NCBI GenBank assembly: GCA_002269645.1
Contig: NIVC01000177.1
Span: 62,001-126,000 of the forward strand
From: Macrostomum lignano
Lineage: Eukaryota
Length of the DNA: 64,000 nucleotides
Direction: 5' to 3'
Shown here: piece after piece, positions 35,880-48,050 of the stretch
Numbering within the stretch: position 1 is the stretch's first letter
Layout: each line of letters begins with the position of its first letter
Position numbers and translations under genes: made by a program
Notes under the pieces: generated by a model
What the model was told of the DNA's origin: nothing
Seen by the model: the letters and a program-made list of their open reading frames with translations, nothing else
The model's database searches: none

Positions 35880-37200
35880 CATACATGCCCAATACCTGTC
35901 TGACCTATCTAAACTGGATGGGTGAAATGGCTGCCAGCCAAGGTAAGTCAAAAAAAAATGCAAAAAAAACAAAAAATGGGAGAAGAAAGAAAGGAGAGGA
36001 AGAGAAAAGGAAAAGAAAGGAGAGAAAATGAAAAGAAAGGAGAGAAAAGGAAAAGAAAGGAGAGAAAAGAGAAGGGAAAGAGAAGAGATAAAGAGAAAGA
36101 GAAGAAAAGAGAAAAAGGCAAGAAAAGTCATATACAAAGGGAAAATTAAGTTGCAATTGGGGGAACTAAGTTGCAATTAAGAGGAACTAAGTCACAATCA
36201 GGAGGAACTAAGTTGCAATCGGGAGGAACTAAATCGCAATCAGGAGGAACTAAGTCCCAATTGGGAAGAACTAAGTTGCAATTGGGAGATTTTTTGCCTG
36301 TTGTCTAGGCATTGCAGTAGTGTATCTAGGCATTGTATATATGGCAATTTTTTAAAGGCATGATACATAGAAGGCTTCAATTTGTGTGCAGCACAATGGT
36401 GTTGGAAGAAATTGTTTCTTGCCTATGGTTTAAGCAAACTTGTAAGTCCAACTTGACTTCCTGTCATCACAGATGCTTTATCTGTTGTAATGCCCTATAG
36501 TCTTGCAAAACAACTGTCAAAATACTATCTTGAGTAAATATATCTTTTAGCATATCATGCTTTGTCTTGTTTCTGTGACTGACAGTTGCTTAAATCTATA
36601 GAAGTACATTATTGGTTTGCTCTTCTCAAGCATCAGGAAATATATCATTAGGTAACTATTTGTATAACTATATATTTTTTCTTGGAGGACTCTCACTTCT
36701 TTAGCCATCAGTCTCAGTCTCCAAATCTGAGTCCAAATGAATGGCTATATGTGGTTGTTGGATCTGCACTTCAATATCAGCATCAGTTGATAAGCAAGAT
36801 TCTATAGCAATAGATTCAGCATGAGCATTGCGCCATCGTACAAATTCTGTCTCAAGGTATCTAGTTTTTTCATTCATTTCAAAAAACAGCTTCTCTTTTA
36901 GCTGAAATTATTTGAGAAGAGCAATATGTGTGGGTTGTTGCATCTGCACCATGAATCTCAATTTTTGCATTCTGCACAGATAGATCTCTATTAGAAGCAA
37001 CAACCTTTGGATTTTGCACCGCCATTAAAAGTCCCTCTCTGTGTGAGCTTGTTGAACATTGGGATGGTGGTGCTTCTATTTCCCTTGAATATGCTGCAGC
37101 TGCACCACCACTTGATTCCCAGGCTATACTTAAGATTGCTAGTAAATTTTCTTATAATATCCAATGTCCACTGAAACAATCATTAACTTCTCTAAGAGTT
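35880..37200 (-). mobile_element. hAT element remnant: TIR CATACATGCCCAA, subterminal CTAAGTTGCAA repeats and a transposase fragment
   Basis: Minus-strand 36495-36365 reads GITTDKASVMTGSQVGLTSLLKP*ARNNFFQHHCAAHKL (hAT D-x-A-x2-M-x-G and CxxH motifs). The end at 35880 matches the TIR and subterminal layout of the 48766-51173 element. The right boundary was not found. Confidence 0.7.
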
Positions 37201-37323
37201 ACACAACCAAGTTTCCATCATGTAAAGAGCAATGGCTTTTGCTCTTCAGCTGCAAAAGGGGGCATGGGTTGATGGAATAGTCTTCATGGCCTTTTTCATC
37301 CCATTCATATGCAGGATTCAGTA

Positions 37324-38170
37324 TACGAGGGCTGAGCAATAAGTTTCTGGATGTGCATAGTTGAGAGGCGGCTGACAAAATCTGACACCATAGGTGTCAA
37401 GTACATTATATAAGTACAATATTTGTAAAGTTTCAGACACACTTGTCATATATAGCCAGTGTAGCACCCAAACAAAGATAGCATACCCACACTATCTATC
37501 AAATTCAAAATGGAGCTTAATAGGAGTCATTTTAGAGCAATGATTTATTTTGATTTTAAGTGGTTTGTGACAACAACAAAGTCTTGAGTGATTGCGAGGA
37601 GCTTTTAGGGATGAAGAACCTTCTAGATCCACCATTTTTAACCTTTTTTGCCAAATTTCAACACGCAACAGGCAGAGTCTTGATGATGAGAAGTGCAGCG
37701 GCCGGTCTGTCTCCGCAACAACTGAGGATAATGTTGCTGCTATCTGGGCCATAGTTTAGGATGATGCCCAAGTGACTGTGGCCCAGATAGAGGCAGAGGT
37801 GGATGGCTCATCAGGATCTATCAGGACAATCCTGCATTTACAGCTCAACCTAAGCAAGATTTCAGCATGCTGGGTGCCTCATAAGCTGACTCCGGAGCAA
37901 GAGGCTTGGGTGACTATGCTTGACAGATTCAATGGAGGCAGCTTAAACTTGGTCTAGGATATTGTCAGTGGTGACAAGTTATGGATCTATAGTTTTAACC
38001 CAGAGACTAAGCAGCAGTTGGCCCAGTGGACTCTAGTTGGCAGCACCCCACCATCCAAGCTTCAGCAAGAGTGCAGTGTGGCAAAGCAGATGGCCATTTT
38101 TGTGGCAAAAACTGGTCCTCAGGCCACGGTTCCACTTGTGCAGTAGCGTACAGTCACTGGTGACTAGTAT
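37324..38170 (+). pseudogene. Decayed mariner element, 5' TIR plus N-terminal half of the transposase
   Basis: TACGAGGG..AATAAGT terminus after TA; MELNRSHFRAMIYFDF, SLDDEKCSGR, ISACWVPHKLT (WVPHEL motif), IVSGDKLWIYSFNPETKQQ; contains stops and frameshifts. Confidence 0.85.
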
Positions 38171-39560
38171 TAGAGATTTAGATTTCAATTTCGATTTTCC
38201 AAATTTAGGAGTTTTCAAGAGCAAATTTCAATTTCAAAAAAATTTCGTAAGTCAAAATTTCGAAAGTCTGGTTCTGAAATTTTTTGTTTATTTTGATATT
38301 TTTTTAGAACTCTGTTAAACTGTCTAATGATATGATTAAGAATTGATTTTTCAAATGTATTTTGATTTGTTAAAACAACTTAATTACATGTAGTTAATGC
38401 TATTTAGCAGTTTTCGAAACTAATTGATATAATTAGAATCATGCATGTAATAATGTGCTGTGGGCACACAGCACCTTGCACAAGCACACAGCATCAACAC
38501 CTTGAAATTGAGATATGAAAATGGTTGAACCTATAACAATTAGAGCATGTGAATTCGCAAAAACGGATCAAAGCTTTTGCTGATATGTACATATTCTGTA
38601 TGTATACATATACAATGTACAAGTATTATGTACACGGCGCCCTCTGCTTTTCCCATTAACACCCTTAAAGCATGGTATACATATTCACATATAAAGTTTT
38701 ACATGATTCAATTGCTATTCGATCAGCAAATCAGTGATTTCTGTATATGTACACACAGTTACATGTACATGTACATATATATGCATGCTCATGCTCATTG
38801 CCTTCTGCCACTCGAAAAAAGATTTAAGAAAGGCTTATTTAACCTACATGTACTTGTGAGCACGGCGAACTACAGTTTGGGATGAACTATTTTAACTTAA
38901 GGCAGACATCTATATACATAGTTCAAAAGGGTTTGAAATTTGTTCAAAAGCTTAGATTTTTCTGTTTCGAATGTATAGAGCTCTAGAAATTCTATCTATA
39001 TAGAAATCACTGGGGCAAATTTCGAGCTATAAATATTCTACTGTACTTCAAAACTCAACTGGAACTATAGATTCTAGCTAACTTCTAGCTGACTAGCTAC
39101 CTGCCAATTCTATAGGGTCCTTTGATTTTAAGCAATTAAGGCCGGAATTGCTTCTGTTAGAAATTACACAATCTCTTAGTGATTTACTGGGCAAACTCGA
39201 CCCCACGTTTACTTACCCATGCAGAATTGTTTTGCACATTTCTATTGTTTGCCCGGCCTAGTCACTAGCTTGGACTTGATCTATGTTGGACCCCCTACAA
39301 ATTACTAGCTGTCCATGCATTGTGGACATGATTCCTTTTATTCTACCCAATTGTGTAGCTCTAGCTACATGTTTTGAAATGGGGAGAGGGATCGAACTGG
39401 GTGTTGAGACTTAACTGGTTTCCTTCCCCACATGCACAATTATGATTGTGACTAAGCAGTCTCATAGAACAGGCTTAATACAACAATAATAAGAGAGCTT
39501 TGAGTATTAATAAGAGCTTGACTCAGAAGACTTCATGAATTCTGCGCCTACAAGACAATC

Positions 39561-41000
39561 ATGCCAAAATTAAGAGCCATTGTGCACGGCTACTTTAAGC
39601 TTTCCTCTGACCTACTTTTTGCAGAGTGCAAAGAATGTAAAAAAGTTGTTTCCCGAGGCAAAGACCCTTATAAGCCATCAAACAGCGGCATGTTGCTGCA
39701 TCTTAAAAACTATCAGCCTGAGCTGCATGACGCTGGGGAAGAGGTTGACCTAGACAGATCATCAAGAAAACGCGCTGCTGAGGAGACCCAGCATGAGAAT
39801 TGAGACTTTCTGCCGCCTGAAAAAAAGAGATTGGTTCACCTTCTCTTGAGCAACTGCAACAGCGAACTGCAGTTTGGGATGAAGTGTATCCGAAAGCCAC
39901 TCATCTGACTAAATTAATTGGTAAGTGTTTTTTCTCAAGTTTTTTAATCTGGCAGCCTACATTCTGCAGCAAACCAATCCAACATATACATGCATATAGT
40001 TATACACCTGCATATGATATGTGTATGTGCATGCATGTACATATATAAGCAGTAAACCATGTATACATACAGTCATTGTTCATGAGGCTAATTAGTGAAA
40101 AGTATAACCTGTTCTTTTATAGTATGCTTATATAGTACCTAGTACACTCGTATGCACACAAAATATGTACCTAATTTTCTATTTAATTTCAAAGGAAAGA
40201 TGATGGCCGTTGACCACTAGCCATTCAGCCTTGTTGAACAACAAGGGTTCTTCTTCTTAGAACTTCTACACTTCTTGGCTCCGAACTATTCAATCCCGAC
40301 CTGTCAACATTTTTTAGAAGTTGTTGTACTGTCTTTGTACGAAGATGTCCGCTTGAATGTGTGAAATCTTTTGGGCAGTAGTGAAACTATTGCTTGCACA
40401 AGCGATGAGTAGACTTTGATGAAGGGAAAGTGGTCCACTGTCAGCCTAACCACCCATCTGATCAATGAACAGTTTAAGCTTTGGAAGGCAGTTTTCTGTA
40501 GTAAGTCTATCCACAGAGCTTCCACTAGAGAAAACATTGCCAATGCGCTGCAGACTGTCATGGAAGACTGGGAAGTGAAGGAACGAGTCGTGGCTATTGT
40601 CATGGATGAAGGCTCTTCGATGCAAAGCATAGTTTGTTAGCTTCAAGTGAGTCCCAATTTCTTCTACTGTATCCATTTCTAGTCAGTCATCACATATCAG
40701 TATAGTGTAGCTTGTATAGTGCATGCAATCTTATATAGTATTATCTATATGTATATATAAGTTCTGTGAGCCAACAGACAACAGACTTCTGAGCAAATTG
40801 TCTCAAAGCTGCTCTACAATAATAATAATAATAGGTCTACTGAGATAAAAATAGCATACATTTCAACATTCAATTCCCTACTATAAGTAATAATTTGTAA
40901 CACTAACTTTGATACCCATAATCATTTTTAAAAGGTGCCTCGCACATCTTGTGTCATTCACAAGCTGCAAAATTGCATTCGCGACAACATTCCTGACAAC
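39561..41000 (+). pseudogene. Ac/ZBED-type hAT transposase pseudogene with BED finger and two introns
   Basis: HGYF..AECKECKKVVS..MLLHLKNYQPELH (BED finger). Intron GTAAGT at 39921 to AG at about 40194; MMAVDH*PFSLVEQQGF, TSDE*T, SLTTHLINEQF, ENIANALQTVMEDWEV..AIVMDEGSSM. Intron GTGAGT at 40647; then TSCVIHKLQNCI (CxxH). Contains in-frame stops. Confidence 0.85.
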
Positions 41001-43731
41001 ACTAATAAGCCTGGAGCACAGTGAACGGTCAACGATCTTTTATCCCATTCCCATTTATTTTTTACCCCTTGGATGACCTCTTTATCTGACCTAAAAAGAC
41101 AAAAGCAAAGAGAAGTCTGATTTTTTGTAAAAGGTTAAATGTCTAGGGACTTAGACAGTCAGACTATAAGTATTTTCTGAATTAGGCCTAATGTCAATGG
41201 TCAATGGATCAGCTCAGCACTTATTAATGACTATCAGTTGGCAAAATTTCAGACAACTTAACAGAATTAAGAGTTAAAAATTCACATTTTTTGCTTTAAG
41301 TTTAATGGCAATTGGCAATGCTAGGTCTAATGCATGCAATGCTTTTGTCATTGATTAATGAAATTTAGGATTTTCCTTAATAGTAACCAACATTGTCATT
41401 AACACTGGTCACAGGTACTGAGTATCAAAAAAAACTCAAAAAATAAAAAGAGACCTAAACGAGAAGCAAGCATTGCCATGGCATAGCATTCTTATCAATC
41501 TTATGAAATAAATATTATTAGTTATGCAACAAAAATCTACTATAATTTTAAAAGCCTAAAAACTAAGAGACGGATTGTTAGATTATTACATACTGCTGGC
41601 CAATTTAGTCACATAAAAACCTAAAATGCTAGGTTTTTACAGTTCTTAACTAAGCTTAATTTACATTGAAAATAGTGAAGAAATACTTTACTTATATTAA
41701 TATAGGCTTAGCTGTTTCAAGGAAATTAAAAGATTAATAAAAAGTGGCGGTGTTGGTGTTTACACGCTTCGCGTTATAACAATACACAATACATTATTAT
41801 GTGAATAAGAAAGGTAAAAAGAAATTAATTGTTTTAAATAAAAGATTTTTATTATTTTTGACTGTACCTTGGTTTTCATTTTTTTGAAAACGGACTGGCT
41901 TTTTGTTACGACTGATCGATCTGGATTCAGATTAGACACCAAAAAAAGTAGTTGGTCCTTTTTCTTTTAGCCAAAAGGACTTTGTGACTTGAAATCTTAG
42001 AATTTAAAAAACTTGAGATAACAATATTAGATTGAAATAACAAATTGTCTGACATATATTGTCATTTAAAGGAATATAACAGAATGATCTTTTGAATACG
42101 GCTAAAAATAGTGAGGGCTACTAAGGCCGTGGGATTTACCCCAAATACAACCCCAACGGAACCTGACGCATTGTGATCTGCTCCCTCAACGAACATCTGG
42201 TCTCTGACATTCATTAGGCAATGGTCCTGAATTTTTTTACAAGGTGACTGGATTGTATACATTATCTATTTCGTATATTGATGTTTTTTCAAAACTAGGT
42301 TGGTTAATAAAAATACATGCACGAGTTTTACATGATCTTTACGGATCCAACAAAGGCATAATAGCTATAGGCAGAATCCCAAGGACTTATAATCCCATTG
42401 TAGTCTTAACTGTTCTTACAGAAGCGTTTCACCGAAATGCTAATAATCTATGAGTTAAATCCCATCTACGAGCATAAAAAAGTTAAATTAATTTTCTTAA
42501 TATTCAGTCAGTTAATTACGATGAGTCAATGTTCAATAACCGACATGACTTGAGTATAGACGCTTGATATTGCTGGACTGTACGAAAAGTACAAGGCAAA
42601 AGAGAATTATGGTTTGGCGTGTATTTAATACAATTTTGCACAAAATGAGGTAACGAAATGAATGAGTAAAGTATTAGCGCGTTTTTGATCATTAAGTTAT
42701 TTAACGATATTTAACACCGGACAGATACAACTAAATTAATATACTGTCGAATAAAAATTGTTACATTTACTAACACTTACTTCGTTCCAAACAGTTATAA
42801 CTCGATGTACTAACATACTAACGTGAGCAGAGGGACTGACTCTTCTTTCTACAGTATACGAGGGTAGTACATGTAACAGCAATGTTTCACTTCAATTCTT
42901 TCGCCGAGCATTGGACTCAATAAATATAAAATGGTCCCAAACTGACAAGGAAATCAAATGTAAGACTGCGATTATATATACGATTCAAACTAATAAATAT
43001 TATAGGCACGAATACGCACAGCCCTCAGCTGTACATAGATTAGCGCATAGCACAGTTAGCACATATAATGAATGAGAAAATGCAAATGAAAATCCATTTT
43101 AATGAGGCAACAAAGCATTAAGTGTGCTAGTGTACAGTAGATGCATAGTGCAGTGATAATATACAATAACAGTTACTGTAGCAACATTTGATAAAAACGC
43201 TAATTTACTCGTGCAAACGCGGTATAATATATTGCATGGAAATTATAACTGTTCCTGTCTAACACAATAATTTAGTAAAACTTTAAATATAAATAAATCT
43301 AATAAACAACAACAAAACGAAGGCACAGAGACTTGAAAATTTATCACATCTAATACAATTTTATTACATTATTTCAGGGTTAGAAATCTATAAAAAAATA
43401 TTTACTAATACCCAATTAAAAGTCGCCATTTCATCCTCTGAAACAACAAACTTAAGGATTGTCTCAGCTGACTTAGACCTGTTTTTGAAGGAGCAAAAAA
43501 GTGAATTGAAATGGAATTAAGCGTCGTGACCAAACAAAATAAATAAAAGATTAGAAAAACACAGAAAAATGAAGGAACAATATTCAAAGAAAGCAAATAT
43601 TAAAGCAAAATCTAGCAGTGCAAAGGTTACCACGAGTATACACGTGGAAAAAGGAGGGACTAGCAGCAGTAGCAGAGCGGCCAGCCAAAGATCTGTAGAC
43701 TGAGGGGATCAGTGGGTAGCGGCCAGTTAAA

Positions 43732-43999
43732 TGACCATGAAGGAAGCGGGTAGCGGCCAGTTAAATGACCATGAAGGAAGCGGGTAGCGGCCAGTTAAAT
43801 GACCATGAAGGAAGTGGGTAGCGGCCAGTTAAATGACCATGAAGGAAGCGGGTAGCGGCCAGTTAAATGACCATGAAGGAAGCGGGTAGCAGCCAGTTGA
43901 ATGACCATGAAGGAAGCGGGTAGCAGTCAGTTAAATGACCATGAAGGAAGTGGGTAGCGGCCAGTTAAATGACCATGAAGGAAGTGGGTAGCGGCCAGC
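43732..43999. repeat. 34-bp minisatellite (GGGTAGCGGCCAGTTAAATGACCATGAAGGAAGC)n, about 8 units, 3' of ADAP
   Basis: Visible 34-bp period. Confidence 0.93.
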
Positions 44000-44052
44000 T
44001 GAACTAGAGAGCAGTAGCTCAGGGAACGCGCATAGCCACTGTGTAAAAAAAT

Positions 44053-46029
44053 TCAAGTCGAAGACTTCTTACAATATAGAAAATCTTGCGGAGTCGGCGG
44101 CACGGCCAGCAAGTCGGCGATGGCGGCCACCCAGCGTCGGCAGCAGTCCGCGCTGTCGGTGGAGAAGGCGTAGTCCCGCTCCGGCGTGCGCACGGTGAAC
44201 ACATGGTTGCCAACTGACTTTCGTCGCAGGCCGGTGGGCGGTCCGGTCAGGACCTGATAGGCAGGTGCCTCGCCCAGCCAAAGCTCGCCCTTGGCCAGCG
44301 GCTGCATGCTGGCCGAATAGTACAGCAGACTGCGGCGCAGCAGGAGGCACCAGCGCCGGCGCCACGGCTCAGACAGGCGCGGCCCAGTTTTATACAGCCA
44401 ATCGGCCAGGCGCGGCTCGTAAGACAATTGCAACAGCCGCTCCGGCGGAACAAGCGACATGCGCAACCGATAGTACTGGCAGCCGCGGATGGCGTTGTAC
44501 CAGGCCACGATCTCTTCGCCGTCCTCGTGATAGACGTAGAGACAGCGAGTGTACTCACCGCTGGGATAGCTGATCTGTTGAGGAGAGAGATAGAATAGCA
44601 CTATAGACGACTCTAAAACGACGAGATGTCTCAAGACAAGTTGCCAAAAGTCGTCAGTCTATTTGAGGCGCTTTATTGATTGCCTACGACTCCAAAACGA
44701 CTCTGGGGCAACTCTAGTGACTCTGGGGCAACTCTAGTGACTCTGGAGCAACTCTACTGACTCTGGGGCAACTCTAGTGACTCTGGAGCAACTCTACTGA
44801 CTCTGGGGAAACTCTACTGACTCTGGGGCAACTCTAGTGACTCTGGGGCAACTCTACTGACTCGGGCCGTAGAGTCGAATCTGAGGCGTGCCACAGCCGC
44901 TATAAAATCACTGAGTTGCGTCTAAAGCGCATCCGCGCAACTTTATGAATTATAGTCGCATTTCGCGTTTATAACAACCCTATTTAGACTACTTGAGTTA
45001 GTAGAAAGTTTAGCGCGTAAAACAGCGACTGTTGGACAACTTTTTAGCGACTCTTTTACGATTCTGCACCCTGCTACTTTTTCCAGGGCTGGAAGCTACG
45101 CAAAAATTCACCTTCCATGCTTTACTTAAAGTAGCAATAATCATAAAACAGTCGAAACTGATTCACCGCCATTCTGACGCTTAAAACCAACCCAGAGTGC
45201 AATAATATTTGGTGGTTGTTAACCATGCAAAGGCTGCAACAGACACGATTTTTTATGAGTTTCAGAGTTGTCAACAGAACAGCACTGTCTTCACTCTCCC
45301 GTTCAACAGAGTAACAAAGCCAGGGGAAATCTAAAATATGTACAAACATCATTATCACGAATCCTCGCTCACCATCATGAGATGCGGATGCGCCATCTCA
45401 ATCAGGGCGCCAACCATGGCCACATTAAGCTGATCCAACGGCAGTGAAGCTCTCACGGTTGAATCCGACGTATCGTCGCTATGGTAACGCAGATAATTAT
45501 CTCGTTCGGACAGTTCAAAGAGACGCTGAGAGAACTTCCCGCCGCTGGAGCTGCCACCGGAGCCGCTATGCAGGACGGAGGCGGCCGCTACGGACGGCAC
45601 AGTCAGGCGCTTCATCAGCCGGCCGGACTTAACGAAGCCGCCGCCAGAGCGATGATAGGCGGCCTGCCTGGCCGGATTGGCGAACTCGCCGCGCTTGTAC
45701 TTGGCCAATACGAACTGCATCCGAATGACAGCCGGATCGTCCGGCATTGGACGGCGATAGAATGGCGGCATTCGAGTCTCAAGAGTCTCGGCCAGAACTG
45801 AATTGCCCTGCAGCTCGGCCGTCTCCGACTCCTGCCAGCGGTCGCGCTCGATCGATCTGGTCCGGTAGCCAGCCTGGCGGTGCGCCACCGCGCATGCGCC
45901 GCATACGAAAGCGCCGCCAACATTAACGGAGACGGCGCAGGGTGGCGCCGAGACGCAATCGGCGCACACCCGATTGGCTGCCTGCTCGGCTAGGGCCGAG
46001 ATGGCCGCGATTGGCCCGGCTGTTGCCAT
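44053..46029 (-). CDS. ADAP1: ArfGAP with dual PH domains (centaurin-alpha, ADAP1/2 orthologue), 392 aa
   Basis: Exons (minus): 46029-45373, 44574-44053; phase 0, total 1179 nt. CADC-x17-CGAC-x4-R zinc finger; PPFYRRPMPDD..AKYKRGEF; HPHLMM|ISY..LYVYHEDGEEIVAWYNAIR; WLYKTGPRLSEPWRRRW..AKGELWLG..FTVRTPERDY. Confidence 0.93.
44690..44981 (+). mobile_element. Dispersed element: 20-bp satellite (about 8 units) plus unique module ending ACAACCCT, in the ADAP intron
   Basis: Homologous to 27812-28095 (inverted) and to the satellite at 26992-27811. Confidence 0.8.
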
Positions 46030-46242
46030 GGTGATGATGACCACTGAAGGATGTGAATTCTGTTTGCTTTTAGATATCAAATTTGTCAATTAATAGATGC
46101 AATATTATAGTAAACGTAAACTATATATTTATCTAATATCTTAATGTTAAACTAATTTCAATAAAATGGGCCAAAATAGGCATTTTTGACACCCTATAAA
46201 CTTATAAACTCCCTTGGCTTTTAACACCCGACACCCTAGGAG

Positions 46243-46597
46243 CTGGGTTTTTTGGGCCATGCGAGGTTTATTGGCGCCTTGAAAATCTCATTGGCAACAG
46301 AATTTTTGGCATCAGAGGCCTGTGCCTTTCCCTGTGCCAGTTGCCAATTTCAAAAATGATATTGTATTTGTAAGTGTAAAAAAATTGTCATATGAATCGA
46401 TATGATGGAGTTGTTAGTTTGTTATTGTTTGCAGCATAGACAGCAATCTTAGAGTTGAGAACAAATTTCTGCTTTTCAAATGCATCCTCGATAATTTGGC
46501 TAGTTGCCATTGGGCAATCGAAAATAGCCATTGGCAACTGGATTTTGAGCCTCAAAAGCCAGATGGCAACTGGATTTCCAACCTTTAAAAAACCCAG
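46243..46597. mobile_element. 355-bp MITE with 11-bp TIRs CTGGGTTTTTT and 8-bp TSD CCTAGGAG
   Basis: CCTAGGAG at 46235-46242 and 46598-46605; internal repeated TGGCAAC/GTTGCCA motifs. Similar left ends occur at about 48213 and 48495. Confidence 0.75.
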
Positions 46598-47129
46598 CCT
46601 AGGAGTGAGTGCTGTCTGCAGTAGTTAAAAAATGCATTGTGTTGCAGATAAGTGCCATAGTGATTTACATTCAAAACACATCTCAACAGGCCATGTGACA
46701 AAAAGACTGAAAAGATAGCCTTTAAAGTCAAAAGCAAAGAAACAAGATTCTATAGGATATCAAGACAATTTATGGAAATCTTGATCAAATAAAATCGATT
46801 ATCTTTGATATTGATTAGAAGCAGTTATTGTCTTGAATTGAGATATATTGGGCACTTACTTCATTTTGGCTCAACTCACTAGTAATAAATGGTCACTACT
46901 ATTTAGTCTACATGTATCTCTAATAAGAAGAAAAATAAAATACATAAAATAAAAATGTCTATAAATGCATACAAAAACATAAAATTCTATCATTACTTCA
47001 TTTTTTCTCTATATGGGCTTCTTTGATATGAGTTGTTATTAATAGACATGTTGTCTCTTATATAAAACAAATTTTTAAATCATTCTTTCTTAGCTTCAGA
47101 ATCTACTTATAATAGCATTTTTCTTTACC

Positions 47130-48050
47130 ACCTTTGAACATGTCAGTTTCAAGCAAAGCCAAAAGTGCTATCATCTATTATACACAAATGTATGATATAG
47201 TAACAAAGAAATCAAAGCCCATTTGCATGAGCAACATAGGTTTCAAGGCAGTCATATTGCACTATCATCTACTAGATCACAGTTTCAAAAGAGGCAAATT
47301 CTTTGAAATGAACTTCAAGCTAGGAGACCTAAGACCTCTACTAGCTAGAGTGTCATTGATAATAGCTATATCTTCTTTGATAAGGATAGACAAGTAACTA
47401 TTGCTAAGAGCAGATAATCTAATACATTAGTTAAGGCAGCATAGTCTATCCTAATAGTCTAGCTAGGAATATGTATTCTAAAAACTCCTGGCTACTAAGA
47501 TGCAGTGCAATATGATGCTGCCTTATAGCAACTATTCCACTTGGCATAGTACCACCAAAATGAGTTTCTTGATTCTTGTTATTGAGAATAAGTTGATATT
47601 TTCTTTAAATATAAGCTGGAAACAAGTCTAATGCATGCAGTCAGTAAGAATCCTCTAGTGAGCCCATTTTACTAAAAGGCCAAGATGATACTATCAATAA
47701 ATAAATAGATAAAAGGACTATCTTCTACTATTAGCAAGAGGTGCTACTAATTGAGTGGCTACTTGGTAAGTGGATAGTCAGGATACTTCTACATTGTTAT
47801 ATTATGTTAACTAAGAGGCAATCAAAGAGAAAAGGTGGCAAGATCACCAGGGGCATCTACCTACTTTATGAAAATGTCTCTAAGCACATATTTGCCATAA
47901 TTTAAGACAGACTATCATTGCAAGCTAAGGGTTCTAGCAGCTTCCTTACATTGCTTATTTGTTAGACCTAGCTCTATCAGAACTCTGGCTATTTCTAGTG
48001 CTAAAAAGCTCACTATATGGATGCCACTAGCCTAGGCTATAGTTACTGAA
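47130..48050 (+). pseudogene. Highly decayed mariner transposase
   Basis: Fragments KEIKAHL..ARRPKTST..DRQVTIA and QLPYIAYLLDLALSELWLFLVLKSSLYG (similar to PPYSPDLAPSDFWLFPKLK); many stops. Confidence 0.55.

Noticed and set aside
42060-42480. Possible LINE fragment (short ORFs on both strands)
   Set aside because: No RT or APE motifs could be confirmed by eye.
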